This document shows, in pieces, positions 1-10,135 of a stretch of DNA of 64,000 nucleotides. This DNA is from a phage. Made by a program: the position numbers and the translations under genes. The notes under the pieces were generated by a model. It was not told the DNA's origin, did not search any database, and was given only the letters and a program-made list of their open reading frames with translations. How positions within the stretch are numbered: position 1 is the stretch's first letter; each line of letters begins with the position of its first letter. The DNA lies in sequence record OZ346151.1. One strand, given 5' to 3'.

Positions 1-1
1 T

Positions 2-1465
2 AACTGTGGATGTGCAAACGCAGTAGATACTTTTGCAAACAATGAGAAATTTATCCGTAGCTACGGAACAGTGGTCCTTGCAATGGACAACGATGCGGCT
101 AACGAGGTAGAGAAGCAAAAACACGTTATCAAAGGTGTTGAAGCCACACATAATATTGCAGCATTTTTGATGGCTGACAACGTTTACCACGTGGAATATC
201 CTGGCGAGGTAAACGACCCTGATGGTGTAAAAGATATCCGTGACATGCTGAAGGCTAAAAAGCTGGAAGATATTGTAAACATGTTCCGGCATCCTGTTAA
301 GTATGTGCCTGATGCTGTGTCGGATTTAGAAGACTTCTCTATCGAATCTTTGCGGAAAAAGACTTCCAACGGGGTAGATATCAGCGCAGAGTTTCCAAAA
401 CTGCAAAAAATGCTAAAAGGCTTGCACAAAGGGACACTCGTAATGCTTACAGGTCCATCAGGAGGTGGTAAAACAACTGTAGCCAAAAAACTGGAACACT
501 GTATTGCAAGATACCTAATGGACCCGACATGTCCAAAGGCCGATGACTACGAAGAGGATGATCGTCTATGCATGATTCATCTTGAGGAGGACCCAGAGGA
601 AGCAATTAACTCCTTGTATGCAAACCAGTTAGGGTTTGATGTTAAAGAGTTTGTTGAAGATCCTAGCCAGTTTTTAACTGATCAAGAACATGCAGAGATT
701 CACCAATCATGGGCAAAAGCTGGAAAAATCAAAGTGTTCAAACATTTCGGGTCTATTCCAGTGGACGAGTTGATTACCAAGCTTAAGCAAATGGTTTGCC
801 TGTACCATTGTCGCTATATTGTGCTGGATCACCTGTCTATGGTAATTTCAGGGCTTAATGTTAAAGATGAGCGAAAAGAACTGGACATGGCTATGACTCA
901 GCTGGCTGCGTTTTGTAAGCAGTTTAACGTGTTTATCTTGGTGATCGCTCACCTCAAACGTACAGAGATTGTGCCTCCTAAGGACAAGGATGGTAACCCA
1001 TTACCTTTCTGGTATCCTGTGCGAAAAGAGAATTTGCGAGGATCGGCTGGGCTTGAACAGTTGAGTTGGGTAGTCATAGGTGTCGAGGCCGAAGAAATGG
1101 TGGATCGTTCTCGTGGGCGTGTCCGTCTGGTAGGTCTTAAAAACCGTCCAGCAAAAACTTTAGGTATTGCTGACACTTTAGTTATGGACCCACATACAGG
1201 TAAGTTCCATGATGCCAGTAATTGGTACTGGGACAAAGAAATGCAGATGTTTACAGACGGAGAAGGTGGGGAGGTTGTTTGGAGACCTCAGGCCATGTTT
1301 GAGGACCAAGAGCATGCAGTTGTAGAAACACCTATGGGCAAGGTTGTAGCCGATAAGGTTGTAACTCCTACTATTAAGCCTGTTGACACGCAGGAAGACC
1401 TTCAGTACGATGATCCATCCTCTGATCCGGTCCCCGGTTTTGAGGATGATGAAACACCTTTTTAA
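2..1465 (+). CDS. primase-helicase (T7 gp4-like), 5'-partial
   Basis: Frame open from window edge (no upstream stop); Toprim-like LAMDND motif; Walker A GPSGGGKTT; DnaB-type helicase region; acidic C-terminal tail ending FEDDETPF. Confidence 0.85.
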   Translation, partial: NCGCANAVDTFANNEKFIRSYGTVVLAMDNDAANEVEKQKHVIKGVEATHNIAAFLMADNVYHVEYPGEVNDPDGVKDIRDMLKAKKLEDIVNMFRHPVKYVPDAVSDLEDFSIESLRKKTSNGVDISAEFPKLQKMLKGLHKGTLVMLTGPSGGGKTTVAKKLEHCIARYLMDPTCPKADDYEEDDRLCMIHLEEDPEEAINSLYANQLGFDVKEFVEDPSQFLTDQEHAEIHQSWAKAGKIKVFKHFGSIPVDELITKLKQMVCLYHCRYIVLDHLSMVISGLNVKDERKELDMAMTQLAAFCKQFNVFILVIAHLKRTEIVPPKDKDGNPLPFWYPVRKENLRGSAGLEQLSWVVIGVEAEEMVDRSRGRVRLVGLKNRPAKTLGIADTLVMDPHTGKFHDASNWYWDKEMQMFTDGEGGEVVWRPQAMFEDQEHAVVETPMGKVVADKVVTPTIKPVDTQEDLQYDDPSSDPVPGFEDDETPF

Positions 1466-1523
1466 TGTTTAACAAAGAGTGGGAGGGGTAGTACAACCGC
1501 CTCCCCTTTAAGGAGAACTGTAT

Positions 1524-3947
1524 ATGAGCATGTGGTCGTTCGACTTTGAGTCATCCGGTTTGCTGGAAGACCCAGATCTTTATTATCACTGCGGCCTGTT
1601 TAAAGAGCTGAATAAGAACCGTTTTATGCTGTTCCTTCCTCTAAATGACCGCACACACTACTCCGAGGAGGATATAGAAAAGGCTAAGAACTTCATTCTG
1701 GCAAAGAAAACTCTTTATAAAGATTTTGAAGTTCGCATAGCAGATTTTTCAGAGTTGGAAGGTTGGCTTACAGGAAATTCTGACTGGTCACCAACAGCTT
1801 TGAACTGCCATAACTGCTACAGTTATGACTTTATGCTGATGGAAAGATTATCTGGTATTCATTTTGATATGTTCCGTGATCCTAAGTGTATGGGGACTAT
1901 CAACGATCACCAGGTTAACCTGTTTGATACGTTGGCGATGAGCCGAATCTTGTGGCCTGATCGCCCTTTACCAAAAGGTTGTCCGGACTCTGTATTCAAC
2001 CCGGTTACTAAGAAAATGCAGCCTGTTGGTCCTCACGGCCTTATGGCATGGGGCTACGCCCTTGGTAACCAGAAAGTTCAAATTGATGACTGGCGCGATC
2101 TTCCGTTATGGAAGTATGTGGATCGTGTATTTGAGGACGTTATCATCCAGGAGCTGCTCTGGAAAGAGCTGGTAGCGGAATCAAAAGGTGTATTCTACGG
2201 CAAATCTGACATGCAGAACTTTATGTACGATCCTGCCAAAGAGAAGCCGAAAGGGTTCAAGAAGATCACCTGGAAGAACGCATTACGTCGAGGCATGTTG
2301 CAGCACTTCCTGATGGAGCTGCAGGCCCGTCAGGGTGTATACTTCGACATAGATGGGGCTATTGCTTTACGTGACCGCTGCGATGCGTGGATGAAAGAGA
2401 TCGCTGATCGTGTTGAACCACAACTGCCTTTAAAAGAGCTGTCAATGTCTCAGCGGCCCAAGTTCCCTGAAAAGCCGTTTAACCAAGATGGGACAATCTC
2501 TAATAATGGTTGGAAATGGTTAAAAGATAAGCTTGGCTATCCTGTGGACATGAGTGCTTTAGAGTTCAAAGCCCCACCTAAGCGAGCATTTACCTCTACA
2601 GGAGATGTCAGTAAGATGGGGATAAAATGGTGTGAAGAGATGGGCTGCAAAGACCACGATAAGATGGCTGATTTCTTGAGAGGTTATATTAAGGGCACCT
2701 CCACACCACAACCTTTACCTAAAGAGCTGATGGATCAGGCAATAAGCGATCTGCAACAGAAGCGAATGCCTGACTGCAAGATACCTATGAAAATCAGCAA
2801 TCAGGACGACATTAAGCGATACCTGATCAGTGCTGGTTGGCTTCCGACAATGTGGAGAACTAAGGATGTAACTAAGGACAGCAAGAAGAAAGCTCTACCT
2901 GATGCAGATGTTGATGCACGAGTATATGCATACATGGACGAGCTTTTAGAGTCAGAGTATTGTGACCTAATTATCAACTTCTGGAACAAAACTGATGCTA
3001 AGTTTCAGACAACAGTGCACAAGTTCCGAAGCTTTCCTAACTCCGAAAGGATTAAAAAGGAAGTGTTCGGGAAAATACGCAGAAAAGCCAGGGCACTTAT
3101 TACTTCTCCGCAACTGAAAGATACGTTTGGACACCTATGTCCGAATCTTGAAAAATTGAACGGAGAGATGGCTAAAGATATCGTCTTGTGGTTATCATTG
3201 CGAAACCGCAGATCGGTCCTTGATCCAATCAAGGAGGATAAGGTTGATACTGGTCTTCTTAATCACCCACGTTTGAAGATTGACCATAAGCTTCCTGCTA
3301 AAAGCTCTGGATTAACAAACACTTCCCGACAGAAACACAGTATTTGTGCAAACATGCCTAAACCATCTCCTAAAGTGGTTATGGGTAAAGAGATGCGTAG
3401 CTTGTGGGGTGTTCCTCCTGGATACTTTGAGATCGGTATTGACGGGTCCAACTTAGAGCAGCTTATCGGGGCTTGGGGTGCCTTTGAGTTCGACAACGGC
3501 TTGTACTATGATGTTGTAAGTAACGGGGACGCACACCAAAACAATGCTGAGGCATATACAAAAGTAGCAGGCAGAGAGGTGTCTCGTAACGACGGTAAAC
3601 CTATCACGTATGGGGTTATGTACGGGGCACAAAAAGATAAAGTTGCAGATATGCTGGATATCTCCCCAGAGTTGGGGCAAAGGGTGATCGATGCACTTTG
3701 GGATGCCAACCCAGGTCTTAAGGGGCGCAAAGAGGATCTGGAGAAATTCTGGGAAGCAACAGGTAAGAAGTTTATCTACTCTTTTGATGGTCATGCTATC
3801 TGGACCCGATCTAAACACTCTTTACTTAATGCATACCAACAAAATGGCGGCGCATCGTTGTGTGACTTAGTTGGGATACTCATGCACCATCAAATGGTGA
3901 AGCGTGGGTGGTACGATGAAGGTGTTCGTCGTATTATCTATTACCAT
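1524..3947 (+). CDS. DNA polymerase, family A (T7 gp5-like), exon 1
   Basis: SD AAGGAG before ATG 1524; exo motif FDFESSG; pol motif A IGIDGSNLEQ; motif B KPITYGVMYG; ORF stops right after ...IIYYH, i.e. before motif C. Confidence 0.85.
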
Positions 3948-4789
3948 AAATAACATTGTGGCTTCGTGCAGTGATGCACGTCGAAAACCTCTTTAATTGA
4001 CGGGAAGGCTAAGTTGACTTTTACACCTAAACATGGTAAAAGCTCAATATGCTAATCCGCAGCGAAGACTAAAGGGGTGTAGTTAAAATGGCTAGATCAG
4101 TTGAGTATCACGGATATACCGTGTTTGATGATGGAACAATACCTTTATCGAAACGTGATCATACAACAATGTTTTGTTTTGATAATGGTCGAGGTTACCT
4201 TTGCGTAACCATGTTCATCGAGGGGAAGCAGTGCACAAAAGGTGTCCACCACTTGGTTGCTGAATGCTTTGTATCAAACCCTGATCCTGAAAGGCTCACA
4301 TGGGTGAACCATAAGGACGGAAACAAATACAACAATGCATACTGGAACCTTGAATGGACCACCCCTGGTGGAAATATCAAACACGCTTATGATAATGACC
4401 TCAGAGTAAGGCCAGTCGGTGAGTATAATGCCAACGCTGTACTGACCGAGGATGAGGTAACGGAGATTTGCGAACTGTTACAAAGTGGTTTACGACAATG
4501 CGAGATTAGGGATCTTGGGTATCCTTATGAGACGGTCAGAGCCATAAAGCAAAGAAGACAGTGGAAACATATCTCTAAAAACTACACCTGGTAGTAACGT
4601 TCAGAGACTATCGAAAGCATAGCGCCAACATAAATTGGTGCGAAGAAGCGAGTAGAGTAGACCAGCAAGTGCGGTCGAAATGGGAGGTGCCTTGGTAACA
4701 AGGTAGTGAGATAGTCCGATCCATACAGGAAACTGTATGGCTGTGCACGTAATGGTGCGGGGTAGCTTAACGACCTACCTGAACTATTG
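3948..4789 (+). mobile_element. putative group I self-splicing intron in DNA polymerase gene, carrying HNH homing endonuclease ORF
   Basis: Exon 1 ends ...YYH after a U (3947); downstream frame resumes DEYQLQV...GRNWGDCH, restoring motif C (YHDE) and the family A C-terminus; possible P1 pairing exon CCAU with intron GUGG (3958-3961); G at 4789 precedes exon 2; boundaries +/- a few nt. Confidence 0.65.
4088..4594 (+). CDS. HNH homing endonuclease (intron-encoded)
   Basis: HNH motif ...VNHKDGNKYNNAYWNLEWTTPGGNIKH; own start and stop inside the polymerase interruption. Confidence 0.8.
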   Translation: MARSVEYHGYTVFDDGTIPLSKRDHTTMFCFDNGRGYLCVTMFIEGKQCTKGVHHLVAECFVSNPDPERLTWVNHKDGNKYNNAYWNLEWTTPGGNIKHAYDNDLRVRPVGEYNANAVLTEDEVTEICELLQSGLRQCEIRDLGYPYETVRAIKQRRQWKHISKNYTW

Positions 4790-5143
4790 GATGAGTACCA
4801 ACTTCAAGTCCCTGACACACCGAAGTATAAGACTGTGTACACCTTCGACACAATCGAAGAACTGGAAGCATTTAAGGCAGAGCAGGAGGCCAAACTTCAT
4901 GTGTTCGACGGTCATAAGTACAAAAAGGCACGCAAGGATGAGGACGGAAACGAAGTGGTTGACAGAGACGGAAACACGGTGTACGATCCTATCCTGAACG
5001 ATGACGGAAAGCTTGAACTTATCTGGAGCCCTGTGGGTGAAATGGTGGTGCATTGCTTCTGGCAAGCTTCTAAAATGATGGGCGTCCCGTTCCAGATCAC
5101 GGGTGAATACCTGTGTGGTCGTAATTGGGGTGATTGTCACTAA
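4790..5143 (+). CDS. DNA polymerase, family A, exon 2 (motif C and C-terminus)
   Basis: Begins DEYQLQV; ends GRNWGDCH, resembling the T7 DNA polymerase C-terminus as remembered. Confidence 0.7.
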   Translation, partial: DEYQLQVPDTPKYKTVYTFDTIEELEAFKAEQEAKLHVFDGHKYKKARKDEDGNEVVDRDGNTVYDPILNDDGKLELIWSPVGEMVVHCFWQASKMMGVPFQITGEYLCGRNWGDCH

Positions 5144-5192
5144 TGTAAACTATCAACACATGGAAGTGTTGTTGAGCAAAGAGGAGACTTTT

Positions 5193-5477
5193 ATGGTAGT
5201 AGAACCAACAAAAACATTTACATCCATGACTATCCCTGTTATTATGCAGGTGGAGTGTGTTCAGGTATCTCAAGTGTGGCCTGGCACCAAAATCCCGACA
5301 GGGCCTGATTTCTTTCAGGTTGGCAAAGTGTACAATGTCTGGAAGGCACCAGATTGTTACCCTTTCATCAAAGATGACCGTGGGATGCTGTGGTATCTTG
5401 GAAATGATTTGACACTGCACCTTGGGAATGCTATTATTGCAGTATTCAGACTTAACAAGAAGGAGACTGATCAATGA
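5193..5477 (+). CDS. hypothetical protein
   Basis: SD GAGGAG before ATG 5193; strand-consistent ORF. Confidence 0.5.
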   Translation: MVVEPTKTFTSMTIPVIMQVECVQVSQVWPGTKIPTGPDFFQVGKVYNVWKAPDCYPFIKDDRGMLWYLGNDLTLHLGNAIIAVFRLNKKETDQ

Positions 5478-5701
5478 CGACTTTGGTTAAAGCTACCTTT
5501 GTAGAAGAAAAGATGACAGACCTGTCATTCTTTAAAGAAGGAAAGACCTACGAGGTTTATTACGATAAAGCTCGTGCAAATAAAATGATTAAAGACGAGG
5601 AAGGGGTTGCCTGGTTTATCTCCCATCTGGCAAACGGTGAGTATCATATCTACGGAACCACCCTGCTTGCCAAGTTTGTAGCTGTTGAAGAGGACCTATG
5701 A
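5474..5701 (+). CDS. hypothetical protein
   Basis: SD AGGAG before ATG; start overlaps upstream stop (ATGA). Confidence 0.55.
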   Translation: MTTLVKATFVEEKMTDLSFFKEGKTYEVYYDKARANKMIKDEEGVAWFISHLANGEYHIYGTTLLAKFVAVEEDL

Positions 5702-5892
5702 AAGTAAAGTATCTGGCTGAGGGTATGAGTAGGTATTTCACCCTTGGTGAAGAATATTGGCCATTTACAAGCAACGGCGATGTCTACGTGAAAGATAATT
5801 TCGGCACGCCATGGTTTTTGCACCCTAACGGGTTAGGGTATTCTATTTATCGCAGTGCAATGAGCGACACAACCCTTGCAGAGTTTGTATAG
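5698..5892 (+). CDS. hypothetical protein
   Basis: SD GAAGAGGA before ATG; coupled to upstream gene. Confidence 0.5.
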   Translation: MKVKYLAEGMSRYFTLGEEYWPFTSNGDVYVKDNFGTPWFLHPNGLGYSIYRSAMSDTTLAEFV

Positions 5893-5902
5893 AGGAGGTA
5901 GA

Positions 5903-6274
5903 ATGTTAGTAAAAGGTACTCACACAGTCAAACAACGTATCGAAGTTGAGATCGATGACTGCGAGCTGAAGCATATTTTACGGTCATGTTCCAACGTTTT
6001 GCTCCTTAGTATTCTCCAGGAGCGAGCGGAGAACGAGTTCTTAAATGCACTGGCAGGCCGCCCTGGTGATTTCTGTGTGCGTAAGCGTGGTGACAACAAG
6101 TCATGGCTGTGGGAGATAGACGCAGAATGGGATTACCATAAAAATGAGGGTATAGATGAACCTATTCGTGAATTGACGGACAACGAGGTTCAGATGTACA
6201 ATGAAGTTTGTCAGTGGGCAAAAAGTCAACAAACTTATCTTGATCCTTGGTGGATGATCGAAAATAGTCGTTGA
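5903..6274 (+). CDS. hypothetical protein
   Basis: SD AGAGGAGG before ATG 5903. Confidence 0.55.
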   Translation: MLVKGTHTVKQRIEVEIDDCELKHILRSCSNVLLLSILQERAENEFLNALAGRPGDFCVRKRGDNKSWLWEIDAEWDYHKNEGIDEPIRELTDNEVQMYNEVCQWAKSQQTYLDPWWMIENSR

Positions 6275-6299
6275 CAGGAAGTAAGATTAGATATAAGAT
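6271..6299 (+). promoter_or_regulatory. sigma70-like promoter
   Basis: TTGACA (6271-6276), 17-bp spacer, TAAGAT. Confidence 0.45.
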
Positions 6300-6350
6300 G
6301 CTTCACACAAACAGAGCGTTGATTGTTTAACACTTAAGGAGACCGCTAAG

Positions 6351-6605
6351 ATGAAAATTACTCTGAAGCCAGAATGCGTTGAAAATGACCGAGCTTTTAA
6401 AGATTGCACAATCGGTGCAATTTATGAAGCAGAGTTTTGTGAGAACCCTTTGGTAAAAGCCCTTCTGGAAGAAGGAGCTCCTCTATCACAGGAAGAGCTT
6501 GATGAGTTGGAAAACTCAGCACAGTGCCTTACCTTTAAAGATGATGAAGGAGACTCTGTCTGGTGCACTGTTAATGAAGTAGTTTTTGTAAAACCTGAAC
6601 ATTAA
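6351..6605 (+). CDS. hypothetical protein (paralog of 6669-6941)
   Basis: SD AAGGAG; shares DRAFKDCT.../DDEGD..C(T) pattern with next gene. Confidence 0.55.
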   Translation: MKITLKPECVENDRAFKDCTIGAIYEAEFCENPLVKALLEEGAPLSQEELDELENSAQCLTFKDDEGDSVWCTVNEVVFVKPEH

Positions 6606-6607
6606 TG

Positions 6608-6636
6608 CTTGACAACAGTCATAGGGCCTACTATAA
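6608..6636 (+). promoter_or_regulatory. sigma70 consensus promoter
   Basis: TTGACA, 17-bp spacer, TATAAT. Confidence 0.6.
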
Positions 6637-6668
6637 TGGCCCTATCAAAACGAAAGGGGACCACAGCA

Positions 6669-6941
6669 ATGACCAAACAATATCAACGAATTAAAGCCAA
6701 GGTTAAGCCAGACTATCTGGAGAAGGACTCTGCTTTTCGGGACTGCACAGCTGACAAAGTTTACACAGGGGCCGTCCTGTTGAACGATGAACTTGAAGTA
6801 GATATTCTGGGTAAAGAGGCCACTATTAAGGACGACCAAGGCGATTATGTTTGCTGCACCACACGTGAGCTAGAAATCTTAGAATACTTCGGTGAAATCT
6901 TCACCTCTCTTGATGATTACTTAGATGATGAGGAAGCGTGA
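6669..6941 (+). CDS. hypothetical protein (paralog of 6351-6605)
   Basis: SD AAAGGGGA before ATG 6669; SAFRDCTADKVY.../DDQGDYVCCT similar to upstream gene. Confidence 0.55.
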   Translation: MTKQYQRIKAKVKPDYLEKDSAFRDCTADKVYTGAVLLNDELEVDILGKEATIKDDQGDYVCCTTRELEILEYFGEIFTSLDDYLDDEEA

Positions 6942-7330
6942 TGAAAAATATTTGGGATATCGATATCTTTGAAGCCTCTAAGCTTGATGGTGCTGATGGA
7001 GTGATTATGGTGTCTGATGGCAAAGCAACACTAACTTCCGGAGATATCATCTATGCCTTGGACGAGCTGGCGCTTCTGAAATCTACCGGTAACACTTTAG
7101 AGGAGCGTCTTCAAGGCTTCGCCTTCAAAGAAGGCACAAATACCGCCATGATGTGCACCACACGGACAGTTCAAGTTGGTAACGGTGTCTATATGATCAT
7201 TGCTGTGTGTCCTAAATTCAGCAACGTCAACAAAGATGATGCTGACGCTGTCAACGATGTGGTTGTTCTCTTCGTGGGTGACGCTATGGCAGATCTGATG
7301 AATGCAGGAGAAGCAGCAAATGAAGACTGA
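6938..7330 (+). CDS. hypothetical protein
   Basis: Strand-consistent ORF, ATGA overlap with upstream stop. Confidence 0.5.
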   Translation: MMKNIWDIDIFEASKLDGADGVIMVSDGKATLTSGDIIYALDELALLKSTGNTLEERLQGFAFKEGTNTAMMCTTRTVQVGNGVYMIIAVCPKFSNVNKDDADAVNDVVVLFVGDAMADLMNAGEAANED

Positions 7331-7622
7331 AAACATCACCCCCGCAGGGTTCTTAAAAGTATACCGTGAACTGCTATATACTACAGAGGACAGTGTTCTA
7401 GAGTATCCAGAATATCTTTTGCTGTATAAGTATCTGCAGGAGGCTGGTGAAAATCTGCCAGTTAGTGCAGAAGGTGGTCCGAACTGGATATACAGCGCAT
7501 GGAGAAAGGTTGACATTCTCCCAGATCCGGGTAAAGATATGGTAGTTTGGCAGCTTATCAACAACATCGGGATTCCAATCTTTGATGAAGCTGTTAAAAT
7601 CTATTTTGAACTTGACGATTAA
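7320..7622 (+). CDS. hypothetical protein
   Basis: SD AGGAG 9 nt before ATG 7320. Confidence 0.45.
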   Translation: MKTENITPAGFLKVYRELLYTTEDSVLEYPEYLLLYKYLQEAGENLPVSAEGGPNWIYSAWRKVDILPDPGKDMVVWQLINNIGIPIFDEAVKIYFELDD

Positions 7623-7639
7623 TATCAGGAGACCTTAAG

Positions 7640-7885
7640 ATGGCTGAAGTAGTTGCTCGCGCAGGACAGAAAGTACGTTGTGTGGAAGTAGGTTTTGGTG
7701 GCAAAGGGTGTCAAAACTTGACTCAAGGTAAGGAATACGCTGTTATTTCTGGTGGTGGCGACGAGAGTATTGTGTTCGAGGGCCACATCCTGGATGCTGA
7801 AAACTTTGAAATCTTTGACGACGATGGAGATCCGATCACCTGCCTGCTGGACGGGAATTGGGGAACTTTCGAAGTGATTGGCTAA
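7640..7885 (+). CDS. hypothetical protein
   Basis: SD-like GGAGA before ATG. Confidence 0.5.
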   Translation: MAEVVARAGQKVRCVEVGFGGKGCQNLTQGKEYAVISGGGDESIVFEGHILDAENFEIFDDDGDPITCLLDGNWGTFEVIG

Positions 7886-7968
7886 CAAATACCTATTGTA
7901 ATTTACAGAAGGGGATGCTAAAATAGTGTCTCCTTCTATGTTGTTCAAATAAAATCGGAGATTCCATA

Positions 7969-8334
7969 ATGGAACAAATGAACGATCAAGCGTCGGTTGC
8001 GATGAACGAGCAAGAACAACCTCAAGAATTTTTCTTAGGGTTAAGTAAAGATCAAGTGTCTCTTCTGCTAGTGCTTTCTTCTTTCATGGGAAGACTTCAG
8101 GAGCTCACACAACAGCCAGAGGCTGAACAATTATTCCAAGCTTTGCGTGAAGAAGAAAAATATCGTCGTTTGGACTATGCCTTAGGTTGGGTAGCTCAAC
8201 AACGAGATATGCTGATGGCCCTCTCTGGGACCACAAGTTTTGCAATGGGGCTGTTGGCTCAAGTTCAGGACAAATTAATTCAAGCAGGGTTTGCACACAC
8301 GGCAAACACTAACGAAGAACAAGGAGACAAATAA
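7969..8334 (+). CDS. hypothetical protein
   Basis: SD GGAGA before ATG. Confidence 0.5.
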   Translation: MEQMNDQASVAMNEQEQPQEFFLGLSKDQVSLLLVLSSFMGRLQELTQQPEAEQLFQALREEEKYRRLDYALGWVAQQRDMLMALSGTTSFAMGLLAQVQDKLIQAGFAHTANTNEEQGDK

Positions 8335-9560
8335 TGAGCGTTATTCAACAATTCGCTAACCCGATGAATCCGCGTGAAACTGTTTTACTGGCTCACGGCA
8401 TGATTAAACGTGTCAGCATCAAGCCTATCAAAGGTGCTGATCCTACAACAGGTATTAAAACCACTGTGTGGCAAGGTAAGAAAATTGAATCCAGCCACAC
8501 CATCTCTTTACTGATTTCTGAACTGGATTCCTCTGATAACCTGCTTCAAGGTGGTGAAGAAGTTTGGATCAGCATGGGTGATAAGCTGCTTAAACCTGGT
8601 CATCAAGACTCTGTCTCTGTTAAAATTGATGACAAGTGGGAAACCGTAACGCCGGGATGGATCGTAAATATTCCTTTGAAGGCAAACGAGCATAACGGTA
8701 AGACCTATTACAAAGGCTCACTGGCTAAGATGGTCAAGCTGGGTGCAGGAGAGGCTCCAGCAGCGACTCAGCAGCAAAAACAGCAACAAGGTGCACAATC
8801 ACAAGGCCAGAAGCAGAAACCTCAGCAGAATGCCAATCAGGACGTTTTACGCATCTATGGTGATGTGACTCAGATTGTTGGCAACGTGGTTACTGTTAAT
8901 GACCACAAGATTGGCGAAGGTGCTATGGTTGTAACTGATGAGCAGCTTAAAGACCTGGTGGTAGGTGGTCGTGTTGCAGCCATTGTTGACAAAGACACCG
9001 GAAACATTATCAGTGGTTTCAAGGCCTATCCTCCTAAGGCAGAGAACGGCACTCAAGGCTCTGGTGGCAAGCGTAAATCCTCTTACGACCCTATCGGTGT
9101 GGAAACGGGGCATAGCATCAATGCGTTGCAGATCATCCTGGATCGCGGGTTTAAGGTAGACGACCCACTGGGCGTGGCTAAAACACTGCACGTAGTCACC
9201 ATTGAGCTTAAGAAAGAGTATGCTCAAGCCACCAACCGAGCTGAAGATGAAGTAGGTGCCAGTGTCGGTAATGCGGTGTTGAACGCTTGTCGCCGTATTG
9301 ACAAGAAAACGAAAGTTGATGATTTTGCAGTGGCAATTACTGCAGAAGCAAAAGATGTCTTGACTAATCTAGCTGAGCCGTTGTACGATTGGATCAAGAA
9401 CGGTGCTGAGTCCACTGACCATCAAGAACCTCAGGCTGCCAAACAGGAAGCAGCTCCACAGCAAAACACTGTAGACGCTCCTCCTGTAAATGATGCGGAA
9501 GATGACCCAATGGATCAGAATCCAGCACAGTACGTCTTTGATGATGACATCCCATTTTAA
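8334..9560 (+). CDS. putative single-stranded DNA-binding protein with E. coli SSB-type acidic C-terminal tail
   Basis: C-terminus ...DDDIPF identical to the E. coli SSB tip; Q-rich flexible linker; placement among replication genes. Confidence 0.6.
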   Translation: MSVIQQFANPMNPRETVLLAHGMIKRVSIKPIKGADPTTGIKTTVWQGKKIESSHTISLLISELDSSDNLLQGGEEVWISMGDKLLKPGHQDSVSVKIDDKWETVTPGWIVNIPLKANEHNGKTYYKGSLAKMVKLGAGEAPAATQQQKQQQGAQSQGQKQKPQQNANQDVLRIYGDVTQIVGNVVTVNDHKIGEGAMVVTDEQLKDLVVGGRVAAIVDKDTGNIISGFKAYPPKAENGTQGSGGKRKSSYDPIGVETGHSINALQIILDRGFKVDDPLGVAKTLHVVTIELKKEYAQATNRAEDEVGASVGNAVLNACRRIDKKTKVDDFAVAITAEAKDVLTNLAEPLYDWIKNGAESTDHQEPQAAKQEAAPQQNTVDAPPVNDAEDDPMDQNPAQYVFDDDIPF

Positions 9561-9622
9561 CATTTAGTTAACATAGCCCTGCCAGAAAGGGTGGGGTATT
9601 TTTGTATAAGGAGATCTAAAAA

Positions 9623-10039
9623 ATGACATTAGAAGATATCATTGTTAAACCTGAGAACTATGACCAATACAACCTGTCAACTCAATCTGTAGACCTTGGA
9701 TGCGCCACGGTCAGTGCGTGGCTGGTTAACGGAAAAGAGCTGGATAAATGCTTAGAAGCTCACATGTCTATTAACAAGTTTCTGGATGAAAATACTCACT
9801 GGCTTGAGGGTGCAGGAGTATATGCTTCATGGTTGGAAAGTATGGGATTCGACTACCAATCTGAAGAAGGGTGGTGGAGCTATTTAGCTATCTGCCCAGA
9901 GACGCTGCAATGCTTCATGAAATATTCTGAAGATTTGGAGTACCGGGCGGTGGTTGATAGTGCTATTGCCCGTTATAGCCGTAAACCTTTTTCCCACGAC
10001 ATTAAAACTGTGGAAGAGTTTGTTGAAGTTTTCTGTTGA
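9623..10039 (+). CDS. hypothetical protein
   Basis: SD AAGGAG before ATG. Confidence 0.5.
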   Translation: MTLEDIIVKPENYDQYNLSTQSVDLGCATVSAWLVNGKELDKCLEAHMSINKFLDENTHWLEGAGVYASWLESMGFDYQSEEGWWSYLAICPETLQCFMKYSEDLEYRAVVDSAIARYSRKPFSHDIKTVEEFVEVFC

Positions 10040-10135
10040 CACAGGTGGAAAGGTGTGCAATTATAACTTCATAGAACGGGAGGACGTGATGAACGAAGAA
10101 AACTGGGATGTATAACTAACAGGAGGCCACTGCCC

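Noticed and set aside
184-486. Minus-strand ORF (100 aa) inside the primase-helicase gene; likewise 949-1236, 2801-2989, 3005-3232, 3263-3496, 3453-3818, 3506-3730 inside the polymerase gene
   Set aside because: Antisense to strongly supported motif-bearing genes, no RBS, low-complexity translations; shadow ORFs.
1524-3953. DNA polymerase as a truncated gene or pseudogene because motif C is missing before the stop at 3951-3953
   Set aside because: The missing motif C and C-terminus are found in frame-consistent exon 2 (4790-5143) after an HNH-containing insertion; an intron is the simpler explanation.
4737-5140. ORFs 4737-4997 (+) and 4784-5140 (-) around the intron/exon 2 junction
   Set aside because: They overlap the polymerase exon 2 frame that restores conserved residues; alternative frame and antisense artefacts.
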